Shown here piece by piece: positions 10,562 to 23,100 of a DNA stretch of 64,000 bases. The translations under genes were made by a program, and so were the position numbers. How positions within the stretch are numbered: the stretch's first letter is position 1; each line of letters opens with the position of its first letter. The stretch is from assembly GCA_007376385.1 (NCBI GenBank), contig VMGC01000004.1:32001-96000 (forward strand). Direction: 5' to 3'. Source of the DNA: Parcubacteria group bacterium Gr01-1014_8 (GTDB taxonomy: Bacteria; Patescibacteriota; Minisyncoccia; Phycocordibacterales; UBA2100). Under the pieces are notes generated by a model. That model worked only from the letters and a program-made list of their open reading frames with translations. It made no database searches and had not been told where the DNA came from.

Positions 10562-11011
10562 ATGTCTGAATTATTCGCAGCTTTTGGCATTAACTGGAAA
10601 CTCCTCTTGATCCAGGCGTTCAATTTCGGCATTTTGCTATTGGTGTTGTGGAAATACCTCTATACGCCTGTTCTGCGAATAATCGATGAACGACGGCAAA
10701 AAATGGCAGAAGGTGTAAAAAACGCAGAAGAGGCCGAAAAAAAACTAGCGTCAGCAGAAAGCGAAGGAAAAGATATAGTATCGAACGCTTCTCGCGAAGC
10801 AGAAGGAATGGTCGTTGCGGCACGAACTCGGGCGGGAGAAAAAGAAGATGAAATTATCAAGGAGGCTGAAAGCAGAGCGGACGTCATACTTCGGGAGGCA
10901 GCCGCGAGGGCGGAAGAAGTGAACCGTCAAATGCTTGCGACAAGCGCTCGTGACATTGCAAAGGCGGCGGTACTCGCCGCGGAGAAAATACTTCGACAAA
11001 AAAACGCATGA
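10562..11011 (+). CDS. atpF: F0F1 ATP synthase subunit b
   Basis: N-terminal TM helix followed by a long charged helix (AEEAEKKLASAESEGK...). Confidence 0.85.
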   Translation: MSELFAAFGINWKLLLIQAFNFGILLLVLWKYLYTPVLRIIDERRQKMAEGVKNAEEAEKKLASAESEGKDIVSNASREAEGMVVAARTRAGEKEDEIIKEAESRADVILREAAARAEEVNRQMLATSARDIAKAAVLAAEKILRQKNA

Positions 11012-11134
11012 TGCTGCTTCCTCGAACTATGAAAACCTTTCATCAAACCAATACGTATGCATCGGGTGGTACCATGAGGTCAAACGCTGTTTTATATTAC
11101 GCGCAAGAATAATTCGTCATTATACAAACCTGGT

Positions 11135-11521
11135 ATGGAAAAATCGTACGCGCAAGCTCTGTGGAATTGTGTCGAGAGGGGAATGGAGCCTGCGCATGCC
11201 GTGCGCTCGCTTCACCAAGGGCTTGAAAGACGAGGACGCGCTTCCCTGTGGCCGCAAATTGCGCGCGCATTTGAACGGCTCGCGTCGAGAGAGTCGCAAA
11301 AGAATCGCTCGGTCTTGATCGTCGCCGATAAAAGTCATGAGAAAGAAGCGCGTAAAGAGTCGGACGCGGAAGATGCCCGTCTCGTCGTTGATACAGGTTT
11401 GATCGGTGGATGGCGCTTTGAAAATAACGAGCAGTTGATTGATGCGAGTTTTAAGAAAAATCTTCTTGAATTGTATCAGCGGTCGACAAATGGTATGCAT
11501 TCGGCGGGCTACCAGCAGTAA
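11135..11521 (+). CDS. atpH: F0F1 ATP synthase subunit delta (short, 128 aa)
   Basis: C-terminal [11 protein letters not shown]...[12 protein letters not shown] matches the OSCP/delta C-terminal motif. An in-frame stop at 11075 precludes a longer N-terminus. Confidence 0.75.
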   Translation: MEKSYAQALWNCVERGMEPAHAVRSLHQGLERRGRASLWPQIARAFERLASRESQKNRSVLIVADKSHEKEARKESDAEDARLVVDTGLIGGWRFENNEQLIDASFKKNLLELYQRSTNGMHSAGYQQ

Positions 11522-11538
11522 GTTGCGAGCTACCCACT

Positions 11539-13110
11539 ATGGATTCAAAAGTTGTTCAAAAAATAGTAAATGAGATAGAAAAGTATCAACCGAAGGTTGA
11601 GAGCACACACGTCGGGCATGTGACGGCTGTGGGGGATGGAGTCGTCGCAATTGACGGACTATCGAAAGCGGTCATGAGCGAGATCGTGGAATTCGAGGAG
11701 ACGGGAGGAAAATCTTTGAAGGATTCAATGGAGACAGGCGGCACATTGTATGGCCTTGTGCTCAACTTGGAAGAAGACAGTGTGCGTGCGACGATCCTCG
11801 GTGATTCTGCAAGGGTTAGCGAGGGCATGACCGTAAAGTCAACCGGCCGGATCTTGTCGGTACCATCCGGGGATGAGCTACTTGGCCGCGTTGTGAACGC
11901 GCTCGGCGAACCAATTGATGGCAAAGGCCCTTTCAAGAATCCGACCATGATGCCCGTTGAGCGCGAAGCGTATGGCGTTATCTTTCGAAAATCAGTTTCG
12001 GTGCCTCTGCAGACCGGTGTAAAAGCAATCGACGCGACGATCCCGATAGGCCGCGGACAGCGAGAACTCATCATCGGCGACCGCTCGACTGGAAAAACAA
12101 CTATTGCCATCGATACTATCATCAATCAGAAGAATGAACCTGCCGAAAAAAGGCCCATTTGCATCTATGTCGCCATCGGTCAAAAGGAATCAAAAACAGC
12201 GCGTATCGTTGCGCAGCTGAGCGGGGAGGGGGCAATGGGGTACACAATTATCGTGGATGCACCTGCGTCTGCTCCCGCGGCGCTGCAATTTCTTGCACCA
12301 TTCGCTGGAGCTGCTATTGGCGAATACTTCATGGACCGAGGGAAGGACGTCTTGATAATTTATGACGACCTTTCAAAGCAGGCCGTCGCATACCGCCAGC
12401 TCTCACTTCTCCTCCGCCGACCGCCTGGTCGCGAGGCATATCCGGGGGACATCTTTTACCTGCATTCGCGCCTTTTGGAGAGGGCAGCGCGGCTCTCTGA
12501 TGAAAAAGGAGGCGGTTCGCTTACCGCGCTTCCGATCATTGAAACTCTGGACGGCGACATTTCTGCCTACATTCCAACAAACGTCATTTCCATCACCGAC
12601 GGTCAGATATTCCTAACAGCAGATCTCTTCAACAAAGGAGTGCGTCCGGCAGTGGATGTTGGTACCTCCGTATCCCGTGTCGGTTCTGCGGCTCAGACGA
12701 AAGCGATGAAAAGCGTAGCAGGAACACTTCGATTGGAACTGGCTCAATTCCGCGAACTCGAAGCGTTCATGCAATTTGCGCAGGACCTGGACAAAGCAAC
12801 TGCGGAGAAGATCGAAACCGGCCGCCGTATGGTGGAAGTGTTGAAGCAAAAGAACGGCGAACCGATGCCTCTTGAGCGGCAAGTTGTTGCCATTTACGCG
12901 GCAGGACAGAGGTTTTTTGCGGATGCTCCGGCAGCAAAAGTGACGGCAGTAGAGAAGAGACTTCTTGAATTCTTTGATAATAGATATTCTGAAGTTTTTA
13001 AAGCTATTAAAGAAAGAGGCATTATCGGCGATGACACGAAGAAGTTGCTCGATAAGGGGCTTCAAGAATTCAAGCAAGCTCAAAAAGAACTCTTCTCCCT
13101 TGCGAAATAG
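11539..13110 (+). CDS. atpA: F0F1 ATP synthase subunit alpha
   Basis: Walker [10 protein letters not shown] and full-length alpha-subunit similarity. Confidence 0.95.
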   Translation: MDSKVVQKIVNEIEKYQPKVESTHVGHVTAVGDGVVAIDGLSKAVMSEIVEFEETGGKSLKDSMETGGTLYGLVLNLEEDSVRATILGDSARVSEGMTVKSTGRILSVPSGDELLGRVVNALGEPIDGKGPFKNPTMMPVEREAYGVIFRKSVSVPLQTGVKAIDATIPIGRGQRELIIGDRSTGKTTIAIDTIINQKNEPAEKRPICIYVAIGQKESKTARIVAQLSGEGAMGYTIIVDAPASAPAALQFLAPFAGAAIGEYFMDRGKDVLIIYDDLSKQAVAYRQLSLLLRRPPGREAYPGDIFYLHSRLLERAARLSDEKGGGSLTALPIIETLDGDISAYIPTNVISITDGQIFLTADLFNKGVRPAVDVGTSVSRVGSAAQTKAMKSVAGTLRLELAQFRELEAFMQFAQDLDKATAEKIETGRRMVEVLKQKNGEPMPLERQVVAIYAAGQRFFADAPAAKVTAVEKRLLEFFDNRYSEVFKAIKERGIIGDDTKKLLDKGLQEFKQAQKELFSLAK

Positions 13111-13113
13111 AGT

Positions 13114-14028
13114 ATGGCGGGATTGAAGAACATCAAGTTGAAGATTCAATCCGTAAAGAAGACCTCCACGGTAACCCGTGCGATGGAGGCGGTTTCTGCC
13201 GTAAAGATGCGAAAGGCGCAGCAGCGCGCTTTGACGGCAAGGCCGTACGCACTTTCTGCTTTCCGCGTTCTTCGCGGACTTTCAGGGAGCGTTGACCTCT
13301 TGAGCCATCCCTTAATGACTGAAAGAAAGGAGGGGAGAATTGCGGTCTTGTTGATAACGAGCGACAAAGGCCTCGCGGGCAGTTTGAATAGCGCAGTCCT
13401 TAAGAAAGTGGAGAATTTCATTAAAGGCAGAAATCTTAAACGAGACGACCTTATTTTTCTCTGTCTCGGAAAGCGCGGCTACGAATTCGCGCAGGCGCGC
13501 GGGTACAAAGTCGCGCATCGCCATATAAATATTTCGGACGATATCGACCTTGAAGAATTCGAGCAGATAACGAAACAAATAACGACACTGTATAACGACG
13601 GGATCGTGCGCGATGTGCATGCTGCATATACGAACTATGTTTCAACCTTCGAACAGCGCGCCGCGATGCACAAGATCCTTCCACTTTCGAGACTCATCGT
13701 TGAGCACATAGTTGCAGATATTGCGACGCCACGAGGAAAACTGTTAGACAAATTTGAGGCTGACGCCGTCCCAACATACATGGTAGAGCCCGATGCATCG
13801 GAAGTATTCACAATGCTTTTGCCGTTGCTCGTGAATGTGGCCATCTTTCACAAGCTATTGGAATCGAAAGCATCAGAACACTCGGCACGCATGGTTGCCA
13901 TGAAGAGCGCAACCGATAAGGCAAAGGAAATGTCACAAATTCTTACTCGCAAATTCAACAAGATCCGCCAAGCGGCGATCACGCGTGAAGTTTCAGAAAT
14001 TACAAGCGGTATCGAGGCGATGAAATAG
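13114..14028 (+). CDS. atpG: F0F1 ATP synthase subunit gamma
   Basis: Conserved N-terminal (IKLKIQSVKKTSTVTRAMEAVSAVKMRKAQ) and C-terminal helices typical of gamma. Confidence 0.9.
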   Translation: MAGLKNIKLKIQSVKKTSTVTRAMEAVSAVKMRKAQQRALTARPYALSAFRVLRGLSGSVDLLSHPLMTERKEGRIAVLLITSDKGLAGSLNSAVLKKVENFIKGRNLKRDDLIFLCLGKRGYEFAQARGYKVAHRHINISDDIDLEEFEQITKQITTLYNDGIVRDVHAAYTNYVSTFEQRAAMHKILPLSRLIVEHIVADIATPRGKLLDKFEADAVPTYMVEPDASEVFTMLLPLLVNVAIFHKLLESKASEHSARMVAMKSATDKAKEMSQILTRKFNKIRQAAITREVSEITSGIEAMK

Positions 14029-14030
14029 AT

Positions 14031-14468
14031 ATGTCAGACTCCCCTGATTGGTTAGGCAAGCTGAAACATATCGGAAGCGATAGTCCGCTCGTGAAAGAGG
14101 GATTGAGCCGAATGCAAGGTACAATGAACACATTTACCGCACGTTTTTCGCCGATTTCTTCTGAGGTTAATCGAATCACCGCAACGAAACTTTGGAAAGA
14201 GCAAGTTATACCGATATTTGCTCGCGCGATCCACGAAATAAACTACCTCGACATCGTTAAAAACCGCGGTCTTGCCAATCCACTCCGGCATCAGGCATTG
14301 TCTGCCGCCGACGATAAGTTGAGGCAAGCGGAAGCCGAGTGTCGAAATATGAACACACAAAGCAGACTCGCGGCGCTTGTAGGTCCAGAGGATGAAATTC
14401 GGCGTTTGAGAATTGAACTCTGGGGATTCCTCCTAGCGTGGGACAAGGCTGAGCTTTCAAGTGATTAG
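14031..14468 (+). CDS. Hypothetical protein inserted between atpG and atpD
   Basis: 145-aa ORF starting 2 nt after the atpG stop. Soluble and helical, with no recognisable motif. Confidence 0.5.
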   Translation: MSDSPDWLGKLKHIGSDSPLVKEGLSRMQGTMNTFTARFSPISSEVNRITATKLWKEQVIPIFARAIHEINYLDIVKNRGLANPLRHQALSAADDKLRQAEAECRNMNTQSRLAALVGPEDEIRRLRIELWGFLLAWDKAELSSD

Positions 14469-14500
14469 GATTGAATTTATTTATAAAACCTGTAATCTAG

Positions 14501-15886
<1,386 letters not shown>

Positions 15887-15887
15887 T

Positions 15888-16136
15888 ATGGTTGCTGTGA
15901 GAACGTTTCGGCTCGTCATAACATCTGTTACGGGAGCACAATTCGATGGCGATGCTATTTCCGCGACGCTACCTGGTTCTGCCGGCGAAATGACGATCCT
16001 TGCGCATCACGAACCCCTCGTTAGCACGCTTCGAAAAGGTTCGATAAAAGTGAGGACAGAACAAGGCTCACAGGAGATAAAAGTGGAAAAGGGGGTTGTG
16101 GAGTGCTCAAGCAACCGCGTCACCATCTTAGTCTAG
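15888..16136 (+). CDS. atpC: F0F1 ATP synthase subunit epsilon (N-terminal beta-sandwich only, 82 aa)
   Basis: Starts 2 nt after atpD. Sequence is similar to the epsilon N-domain and the C-terminal helical hairpin is absent. Confidence 0.8.
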   Translation: MVAVRTFRLVITSVTGAQFDGDAISATLPGSAGEMTILAHHEPLVSTLRKGSIKVRTEQGSQEIKVEKGVVECSSNRVTILV

Positions 16137-16195
16137 TGCAGTTTTCAACATTAGAAAGCAGATGGGCGTCAAAGTAAAGGTACAATTGCCATATC

Positions 16196-17293
16196 ATGCG
16201 CGTACATGCGGTGTATACCGTTGGTTTTCTCGCCAGTGTGGTGATGATTCTTTTGATTCCCGGGTGGATCCTTGCAGCTCTGCCTACCGGTTTGACGCCG
16301 AAAGTAACATTTAGCGGAGCCGCTTCGACCTACAATCCGCAGTGCGAAGCTGAACAGTGGAATACATCAACAGGACAGAGATACAATCCGAATGAATGGG
16401 CCGCAGCGTTGCAACAAGGCTATGCGCAAAAATATCGATGCGGGTACGGCACGGGCAGAGTATGTTGTGCTGTTGTACAAGAACCCGGGGGTCGAGCTCT
16501 TATACTTAAGATAAATGATAATGGTCCTCTCAAACCGGGGAGGGTCATCGATTTGAATGAAAAATCAATGCGGTACCTTAGCTACGAAAAGTTCGGCAAT
16601 TGTAACGGATTGATCCCCCGTGTGAGCGTGGCGCTCCTAGACGGGTCGAGCTGTCCAATGGGTCCGGTCGAAGAAGCCGACAAGAAAGCTTGGAACGATA
16701 AAGTTGTAAGCGCACCTGCAGACACAGGACCGGTAGGTCCAAGCGCGGCTACCGGAGTCCCAGCACCGAGCGGTTTTCCAACAACCATCGGCCAGGCCTA
16801 TCAGGGGAATCAACCAACACAGGCGCAGCAGTATATGCCTTCACAGCCGGCGGTAGCGCAGAACCAGCCGGGGGGAATGCAACCGACGTCATACTTCAAC
16901 CCGCAACAGCCTGCGCAAAATCCATCAATGCCTTTGCCTTCCATGTCCCAACCCGCAGCGCAAGACAGTACGCAGATCGAGTCGGTCACAGAACGGATCT
17001 CGAATTTTCTAAAAGGTGGTACAACGGAAAAACCCATTGATACGAAGTCGCTCACGTTTGATTCACGTGTAAGTTCGAAAGTGATACTTTCTCCGGAGCA
17101 CCCAGCGTCCGGCAGTTCGGCAAGTACGAGCTCAAGCACGCCGCTGGCGCCGTCGCAAACCTTCGTTTCGCCCGACATGGCTTTCTCTGAGCCGAGTGAG
17201 CCCGTGAATCAGCGGCTGATCGCTATTCTCGAGACAATTCGCTTAGCCGCGCTCAAACTGTTGGCGAGGTTGAGACAACTAGTACCGCTCTGA
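16196..17293 (+). CDS. Membrane-anchored RlpA-like double-psi beta-barrel protein with Pro/Gln/Ser-rich tail
   Basis: N-terminal TM/signal. The segment SGAASTYNP...GYGTG...ILKINDNGPL..RVIDLNEKSMRYL resembles the RlpA/expansin-like DPBB fold, followed by a low-complexity PQ-rich linker. Confidence 0.5.
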   Translation: MRVHAVYTVGFLASVVMILLIPGWILAALPTGLTPKVTFSGAASTYNPQCEAEQWNTSTGQRYNPNEWAAALQQGYAQKYRCGYGTGRVCCAVVQEPGGRALILKINDNGPLKPGRVIDLNEKSMRYLSYEKFGNCNGLIPRVSVALLDGSSCPMGPVEEADKKAWNDKVVSAPADTGPVGPSAATGVPAPSGFPTTIGQAYQGNQPTQAQQYMPSQPAVAQNQPGGMQPTSYFNPQQPAQNPSMPLPSMSQPAAQDSTQIESVTERISNFLKGGTTEKPIDTKSLTFDSRVSSKVILSPEHPASGSSASTSSSTPLAPSQTFVSPDMAFSEPSEPVNQRLIAILETIRLAALKLLARLRQLVPL

Positions 17294-17362
17294 AGAACAG
17301 GAGAGCGTGTTTTCAACACCTTGGCGTCATGACAGGCATCTAAACGTTACAATGGAGCGAAT

Positions 17363-19276
17363 ATGCGGGCTATCCTAGGCCTTTGTTTTGTGTTGCTAGC
17401 GGCTTTACCGGTGTTCGCCATCACAGTGCCTGCAAATCCAACGACTGACGCAGAGCAGGCGGAAAGATCCTGCGCGGGCGAACAAACCGCAAAAACCGGT
17501 GAAGACGCAAAAGGAAAAATCGATTGTTCTCTAAAGTGCGGATCGAGAGTGATGAAGGTTGAGAAGGGAAAAGTTGTCATAACAAAAGACGAAAAAGGAA
17601 AGCAGTGCAGCGACCTTCAAAAAAATGTAATTTGCAAAACGTTGCCCAATAGTCCCGATTGCTGCACAGGCACCATCAGGTTTGTTTCGCCTGACATTCG
17701 AACGCCGGATAGGGTATTTTCTCGGTGCTCTCGCGATGATAAAGAGATCGAAAAGCAGGCTGAGCTGTTTGAAAATCTTGCAGGGAGGCAGCAGACTGCA
17801 ACAAATCTCAATGACCTTATTCAGTCAGTCGATCCGGATCTGCCATTGCCTGAAGGCATCCATCAAGAACTCAAGAACGGTCTTATGGAGCTCGGTTTTA
17901 CGCCCGGCCAGGCGGATGAGCTCATTCCTAAACTTGTCGGAAATCAGCAGAGTGCGGAAGATGCGCTCGATAAGATAGCGACGGGCAGAGCAGGATCTAT
18001 TACTGCAGACGAGCATGGTTTCAGCCTTTCTGACGCTGAGCGCTCGAATTTGCAGGCGCATATGGAAGCTTTGCAACCCGGTGAGCGTCCGCTCGACGAA
18101 GAACAGACTGACCCCGCCGTCGCGAGATGCAACGCTGGCGAAGAGTGTCCGGATAATACGTTCAAAGATGACGAAAAGGATGCATTGCTTCATCAGGCGG
18201 CGCTAAAAGATGATGTTGCAGACATGTGCGGGAAGCTCGACGGATGTTCCGTGGAATGCAGTGCAAGAAATCCGCTCGTATGCGTGACTCAGAATCCCGG
18301 TGCCGTCGTGTGCAGTCCTATTGCTAGAAGATTCGGTTGCAGTACGTGCGATCCCAACAATAACACTGCAATATGTCCGTCCATGGAAGCAGGAATTGCA
18401 TTGCAGGCTGTGCTCCTCCGTGAGAATGGTCGTTACTTCGGCTCCGGACAGAAATCAATACTTCAGGCATTTTGCAGCGGTTATTCGGCATCAAATTGCG
18501 GTCCGTATGCGCAATTCGTCGCCAGTCGAACGAGTATACCCATCAATCAAACTATTGACCCAAACAATACGGAACAGTTGGCGCGCATCATGATGGCGAG
18601 TTCTCGTTTTGAAAGCGGCCGGGGCGTGCTGTATTCGCCTGAACAGTTGCAACACGGTCTGGAGATCGCGTACGGTACGAGGGAACTCCCGCCCGCGACG
18701 CCAGGGTATGTCCCAAATTTCACTGCCGGCGGCTTGCCTAACGCTACGTCGCCATTCAACATTGGCTATGGAAATGATCCGTTCAGCACCGGCTTCGGGT
18801 CTCCCTTCGGCACGGGGACAAATGTGGGAACTCCGACAAATGTCGGGTACCCCACGAACACCGGGTATCCGGCCCAAAGTGGCTACGGCAGCGGGGGGAT
18901 CCCAGGGGGAACGGGGCCATCGCAAATCCCTGTTTCCCCGATCCCAATATCTCAGATCATTGATCCTCAAGGTCAGATGATGACCGTCGTGTCGATGCAG
19001 CCTGTGATAACGCTCATCGCAGAGCCAAATGAGATAGTACGAGGAAAAGGGGCTATCGTCTCATGGTCAGCGGTTGGTGTGAAGACGGAACCGAAATGTT
19101 CAATAACGAAAAGCGGTGTCGCAGGTTCGGGTACGTTTGCGGGGGGCAACGACGGCGCCAAACGTCTGAAAACGACGAAACAAATGTCGCCCGGCGTTGT
19201 TACACTTACAATGAAGTGTGTTTCAAGCGCAACAGGCCAAGTGCTCGAAAAAGGACAGCAAATCACCGTACGATGA
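17363..19276 (+). CDS. Large secreted cysteine-rich protein (637 aa), unknown function
   Basis: Signal peptide MRAILGLCFVLLAALPVFA. More than 30 Cys in the mature part, a G/T/P/Y-rich low-complexity segment, and a C-terminal beta-rich region. Confidence 0.6.
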   Translation: MRAILGLCFVLLAALPVFAITVPANPTTDAEQAERSCAGEQTAKTGEDAKGKIDCSLKCGSRVMKVEKGKVVITKDEKGKQCSDLQKNVICKTLPNSPDCCTGTIRFVSPDIRTPDRVFSRCSRDDKEIEKQAELFENLAGRQQTATNLNDLIQSVDPDLPLPEGIHQELKNGLMELGFTPGQADELIPKLVGNQQSAEDALDKIATGRAGSITADEHGFSLSDAERSNLQAHMEALQPGERPLDEEQTDPAVARCNAGEECPDNTFKDDEKDALLHQAALKDDVADMCGKLDGCSVECSARNPLVCVTQNPGAVVCSPIARRFGCSTCDPNNNTAICPSMEAGIALQAVLLRENGRYFGSGQKSILQAFCSGYSASNCGPYAQFVASRTSIPINQTIDPNNTEQLARIMMASSRFESGRGVLYSPEQLQHGLEIAYGTRELPPATPGYVPNFTAGGLPNATSPFNIGYGNDPFSTGFGSPFGTGTNVGTPTNVGYPTNTGYPAQSGYGSGGIPGGTGPSQIPVSPIPISQIIDPQGQMMTVVSMQPVITLIAEPNEIVRGKGAIVSWSAVGVKTEPKCSITKSGVAGSGTFAGGNDGAKRLKTTKQMSPGVVTLTMKCVSSATGQVLEKGQQITVR

Positions 19277-19584
19277 CACAAACACCTGCATTTCAGAAAA
19301 ACGTCGAGGACTTTACGTGCGAACACTGCGGCGCACTCGTGAGGGGTGATGGATATACGAATCATTGTCCAAAATGCCTATGGAGCAAGCATGTCGATAT
19401 GCATCCGGGCGATCGCTCAAACCCATGCCACGGCATGATGGAACCCGTTTCTATCGAGGGCGGTCCGCACGAATATAGGGTGGTTCACCGCTGTCAGAAA
19501 TGCTCCGCCAAAAAGCGCAATATTATCGGCCCTGAAGACGATATGAATATCGTGATAGCACTTGCCGGCAAGCAACATTCCTAA
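19273..19584 (+). CDS. RNHCP-like zinc-ribbon protein
   Basis: About 103 aa with CxxC...NHCPKC...C..C clusters (FTCEHCG, TNHCPKC, CQKCS). Its ATG overlaps the upstream stop (ATGA). Confidence 0.5.
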   Translation: MTQTPAFQKNVEDFTCEHCGALVRGDGYTNHCPKCLWSKHVDMHPGDRSNPCHGMMEPVSIEGGPHEYRVVHRCQKCSAKKRNIIGPEDDMNIVIALAGKQHS

Positions 19585-19625
19585 GTGAACAGGACAGGAA
19601 AAGTTGAAGGTGGTATTATTTAAAC

Positions 19626-20144
19626 ATGACGAAAATAAAACAAGAGCCCGAATCTGAGCTGGAACCGCCAGCTAATCTCTACTTTCCAAGGTTGAGTTTG
19701 GGTCCATCTCTCGCGCACTATCATGGCGACCACGTTCGGAGGCTCTTCATTGCCGCGGCAGGCGCGATGCTCGTCCTGGCTCCATTTCTTAGCAGTTACA
19801 TGCCGTATACACTCCCTTTCGAAATACTTGGTGCTGTCGTTATCGTTGTTCTCGCGGCTCTTACGAATCCGAAGAAGGAAATGGTAATGATGGCCAATGC
19901 GTTTGCTGCGGGTATAGGGGTCGTTGCAAATGAGACCATCGCACTCTTTGCATATTTTGACGGCTCTATATTTATTTTTTTCGGAAGGGAAGTTATCGCG
20001 TTCCTATTTATATTTGCTCTGTACTTTAGTTTAAAGACCGTTCGTGCGATGGAATTGGGGCAGATAGGGAAGCGCGAACCACCCGGAGAATTTCGCGAAC
20101 CGACGCTCGAAGAGATGTGGGAAGAAACACATCATCAGAAATAG
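19626..20144 (+). CDS. Hypothetical membrane protein (3-4 TM)
   Basis: Hydrophobic helices with an acidic N- and C-terminus. Confidence 0.5.
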   Translation: MTKIKQEPESELEPPANLYFPRLSLGPSLAHYHGDHVRRLFIAAAGAMLVLAPFLSSYMPYTLPFEILGAVVIVVLAALTNPKKEMVMMANAFAAGIGVVANETIALFAYFDGSIFIFFGREVIAFLFIFALYFSLKTVRAMELGQIGKREPPGEFREPTLEEMWEETHHQK

Positions 20145-20161
20145 TCTTTCATCGCAGCGGC

Positions 20162-23100
20162 CTATCGCACGGGGGAGGATCGCTGCACAACAGTGCTGTC
20201 TTGCCGCGCGATTTTCCACGAACCCGGCCATCGGTAGGTCAAAATCGGTATCATCACTAAGGTCAATATCATAGAGAATGCAAGCCCGAACATGATAGCG
20301 AACGCCAGCGGTCCCCATAGCGCTGAAGCGCCAGCAAGCGGCGCCATGCCGATAACGGTTGTCAGCGTCGTAAGGAATATCGGACGAAGGCGTGAGACGG
20401 CGGCCTCGACGATGATATCTCTATGGCTAAGGTCGTGCCGCGTCTGCAAAAGCCGATGTATTGAGTCAGTAAGAATAATTGCGTGATTAATGATAACCCC
20501 GGCGAGCGCAATGATGCCGATGACGGACGAGAACGACAGCGTTTGCGCCGTTAAGAACAATCCTCCGAAGACGCCGATCAAGGATAGGATGACCATCAAG
20601 ATGAGGTAGAGTGCGTGGCGCAGAGAATTGAATTGAAGGACCATGATGGCTATCATCAAAAGGAGGCCCGCAATGAACGCGATACCCATTTCCGCGAATG
20701 ACTTATTTACATCTTCAGTCTCACCGCCCGCTTTCCACGTGACGCCCTCTGGCAATTCGAGTTCATCTATACGCGCTTCGAATTCGTTTGTAACTTCAAC
20801 TGCTGTTTTACCGCCAGAAACCTGGCTAGAGACAGTCTCAATGCGCTTGCGATCGTCATGGCTGATGGAAGATTTTCCGCGATGAATTGATGTATCGAGA
20901 ACTGAACCGAGGAGTACCGGTCCACGGGGCGTTGGAATAGATATCGCGCGCAAAGCGTCTGGGCTAATGATAGTCGTTTCAGATGGGTCATCATAGAGGG
21001 GATTGAGGTCGAGTTTAACAACGACGTCTATATCGTCTTTAGCATTTCGTATCGTCGTAGCCGTTTGACCTTGTACAGCCGTGCGCAGTGTTTGCGCTAT
21101 CATCACCGGCGATAATCCTAAGGAAGCTGCTTTTGCCCTGTCGATAGAAAGTGAGAATTCGAGCCCGTTATCTTTCACGCTCGACTGAATGTCTGAGACT
21201 CCTTCAATGGAGGAAAGAATGTTTTCTGCCTTTAACGCGGCACTTTCCAGTTGGTCGAGGTCATCGCCGGAAAATGTGATGAGTACCGGCGAGCCCGACG
21301 GCGGGCCGTTATTCGGCTCCTGTATGCGAACATCCGTTCCCGGGATCGTGCCAACGCTTTTCCGAATATCCTCAACTACCTCGGACGAGGTCTTAGTCCT
21401 GTTTTTTTTGAGAAGTATAGTGATGTTCGCAAGATGGCCACCAGACGTTGGAGCGTCTCCAGTAAGAGCGCTCGAACCTCCCGTTGTCGTGGTGAATGCT
21501 TCAATATCAGGATTTCCATACAGCGATTCCTCAACGATGCGTACCGCAAGGTCGGTCTCTTCGAGAGCAGTGCCGCGCGGTTTCTCGATCTCAGCAAAAA
21601 TAAAATCTATGTCTTCCTGCGGGAAGAACGTTGTCCTCAAGAGGCCTGTAATAGGTAAGAGCATGGAGAGGATGAATGCGCCTGCTATTGACCACAGGAA
21701 AATATTCTGCGCCCGTCTGCTATCTAAGAGCCCGGATAGCTTCATCCGGTACCACTCTTGGAATCGATGCGTATACTCCTCTTGTTTTTGTTCGAGCCTG
21801 TTAGACTCTTTTGTCGTTAAAGCGATAGCTATGAGAGGAACAATGCCGAGAGCAACAAAAATTGACGCTACAAGAACGAAGATAAGCGTGAAAGGAATCG
21901 ATGCTATGAATTCGCCGACAATGCCGGATATGAAAAAAAGTGGAGCAAATACGGCGACGCTCGCCATCGTGCCGCTCATAAGCGGCCACGCATATTCCCG
22001 AAGCGACACGGCAGCTGCTTCATCCTTCGTAGGATAGCGGCGCATGCGGGTATGTATGGCCTCGGTGACAACGATGCCGGAATCAACCAGGATACCAATT
22101 GCAAGAATGAGCGCAAAAAGCGATACGAAGTTTATCGTATTGCCGGACGCTTGCAGGCCTATGAATGCTATAAGGAACGAAAGCGGAATAGAAGCTGCTG
22201 CAACGAGCGATTCACGCCAACCTATCGTTATAAAGAGAGTAAGCATCACCAATATCATGGTCTCGAATCCGACGCTGGTGAGCTCCGTTAAGTCTTTATT
22301 GACCTCTTCCCCTAAGTCGAGCGCAACGACAACCGTACTCCCCGCAAGCATGCCCGACTGCAATTCATCAAGCCGTTCTTTTATAGCGTCGGCAGTCGCG
22401 ACGATATTGCCGCCGGAACTTTTGAAGACGGAGAGCGTAAGGGAAGATTGCGACGGCTCACCCGCCTTCGACGCTCGGGAGATGCTCGTCGGTTTTTGTA
22501 ATCCATCCACAATGTCTGCGATATCGCGGATGTACACGATCGAGCCGCTTTGAGTCAATATCGCAACATCACGCACTTGGTCCGCTTTTGTAAGGTCTCC
22601 CTCAAAGTTCAGCGCGTATTCGACAGAATTGACGGTTATTGAACCTACCGGCAGCGAAGCATTTGATGCTTGTATGGCTCCCGTTACATCTCCTAGTCGG
22701 AGTCCATACTGCTCGAGTTTGTCTTTTTGAACTATGACGTGTATCTGGCGTTTCCGCACGCCTGACACTTCTACTCGGGAAACACCGTCCACATTTTGAA
22801 GCTCTTCTTTTATATCGTCGCCTAGTTTTGTGAGGATAGAAGGCGGATATTCACCGGTCACGGAAATAATAAGTACTGGTTGTTCGGAGAAATTTATCTC
22901 GCTCACGACCGGGTCATTTGCTTCTTCCGGCAGATTTGGTTTTACCTGGTCTATCGCGTCCTTCAAGTCCTGGATAGATTTGTCGAGGTCGGCACTCGCG
23001 TCGAATTGCACAGTAACGATCGAAATGCTCTCGCGAGAACTCGACGTGAGTGTGTCCAGGTTTTCAAGATTCGCGACAGCTGTTTCTATCTCATTCGTTA

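Noticed and set aside
21189-22553. Plus-strand ORFs (282, 169, 135 aa) inside the RND permease gene and 236/158-aa ORFs inside the adaptor gene (23597-24799)
   Set aside because: Antisense to long, clearly homologous AcrB and HlyD-family frames; compositionally Ser/Arg/Ala-biased shadow ORFs.
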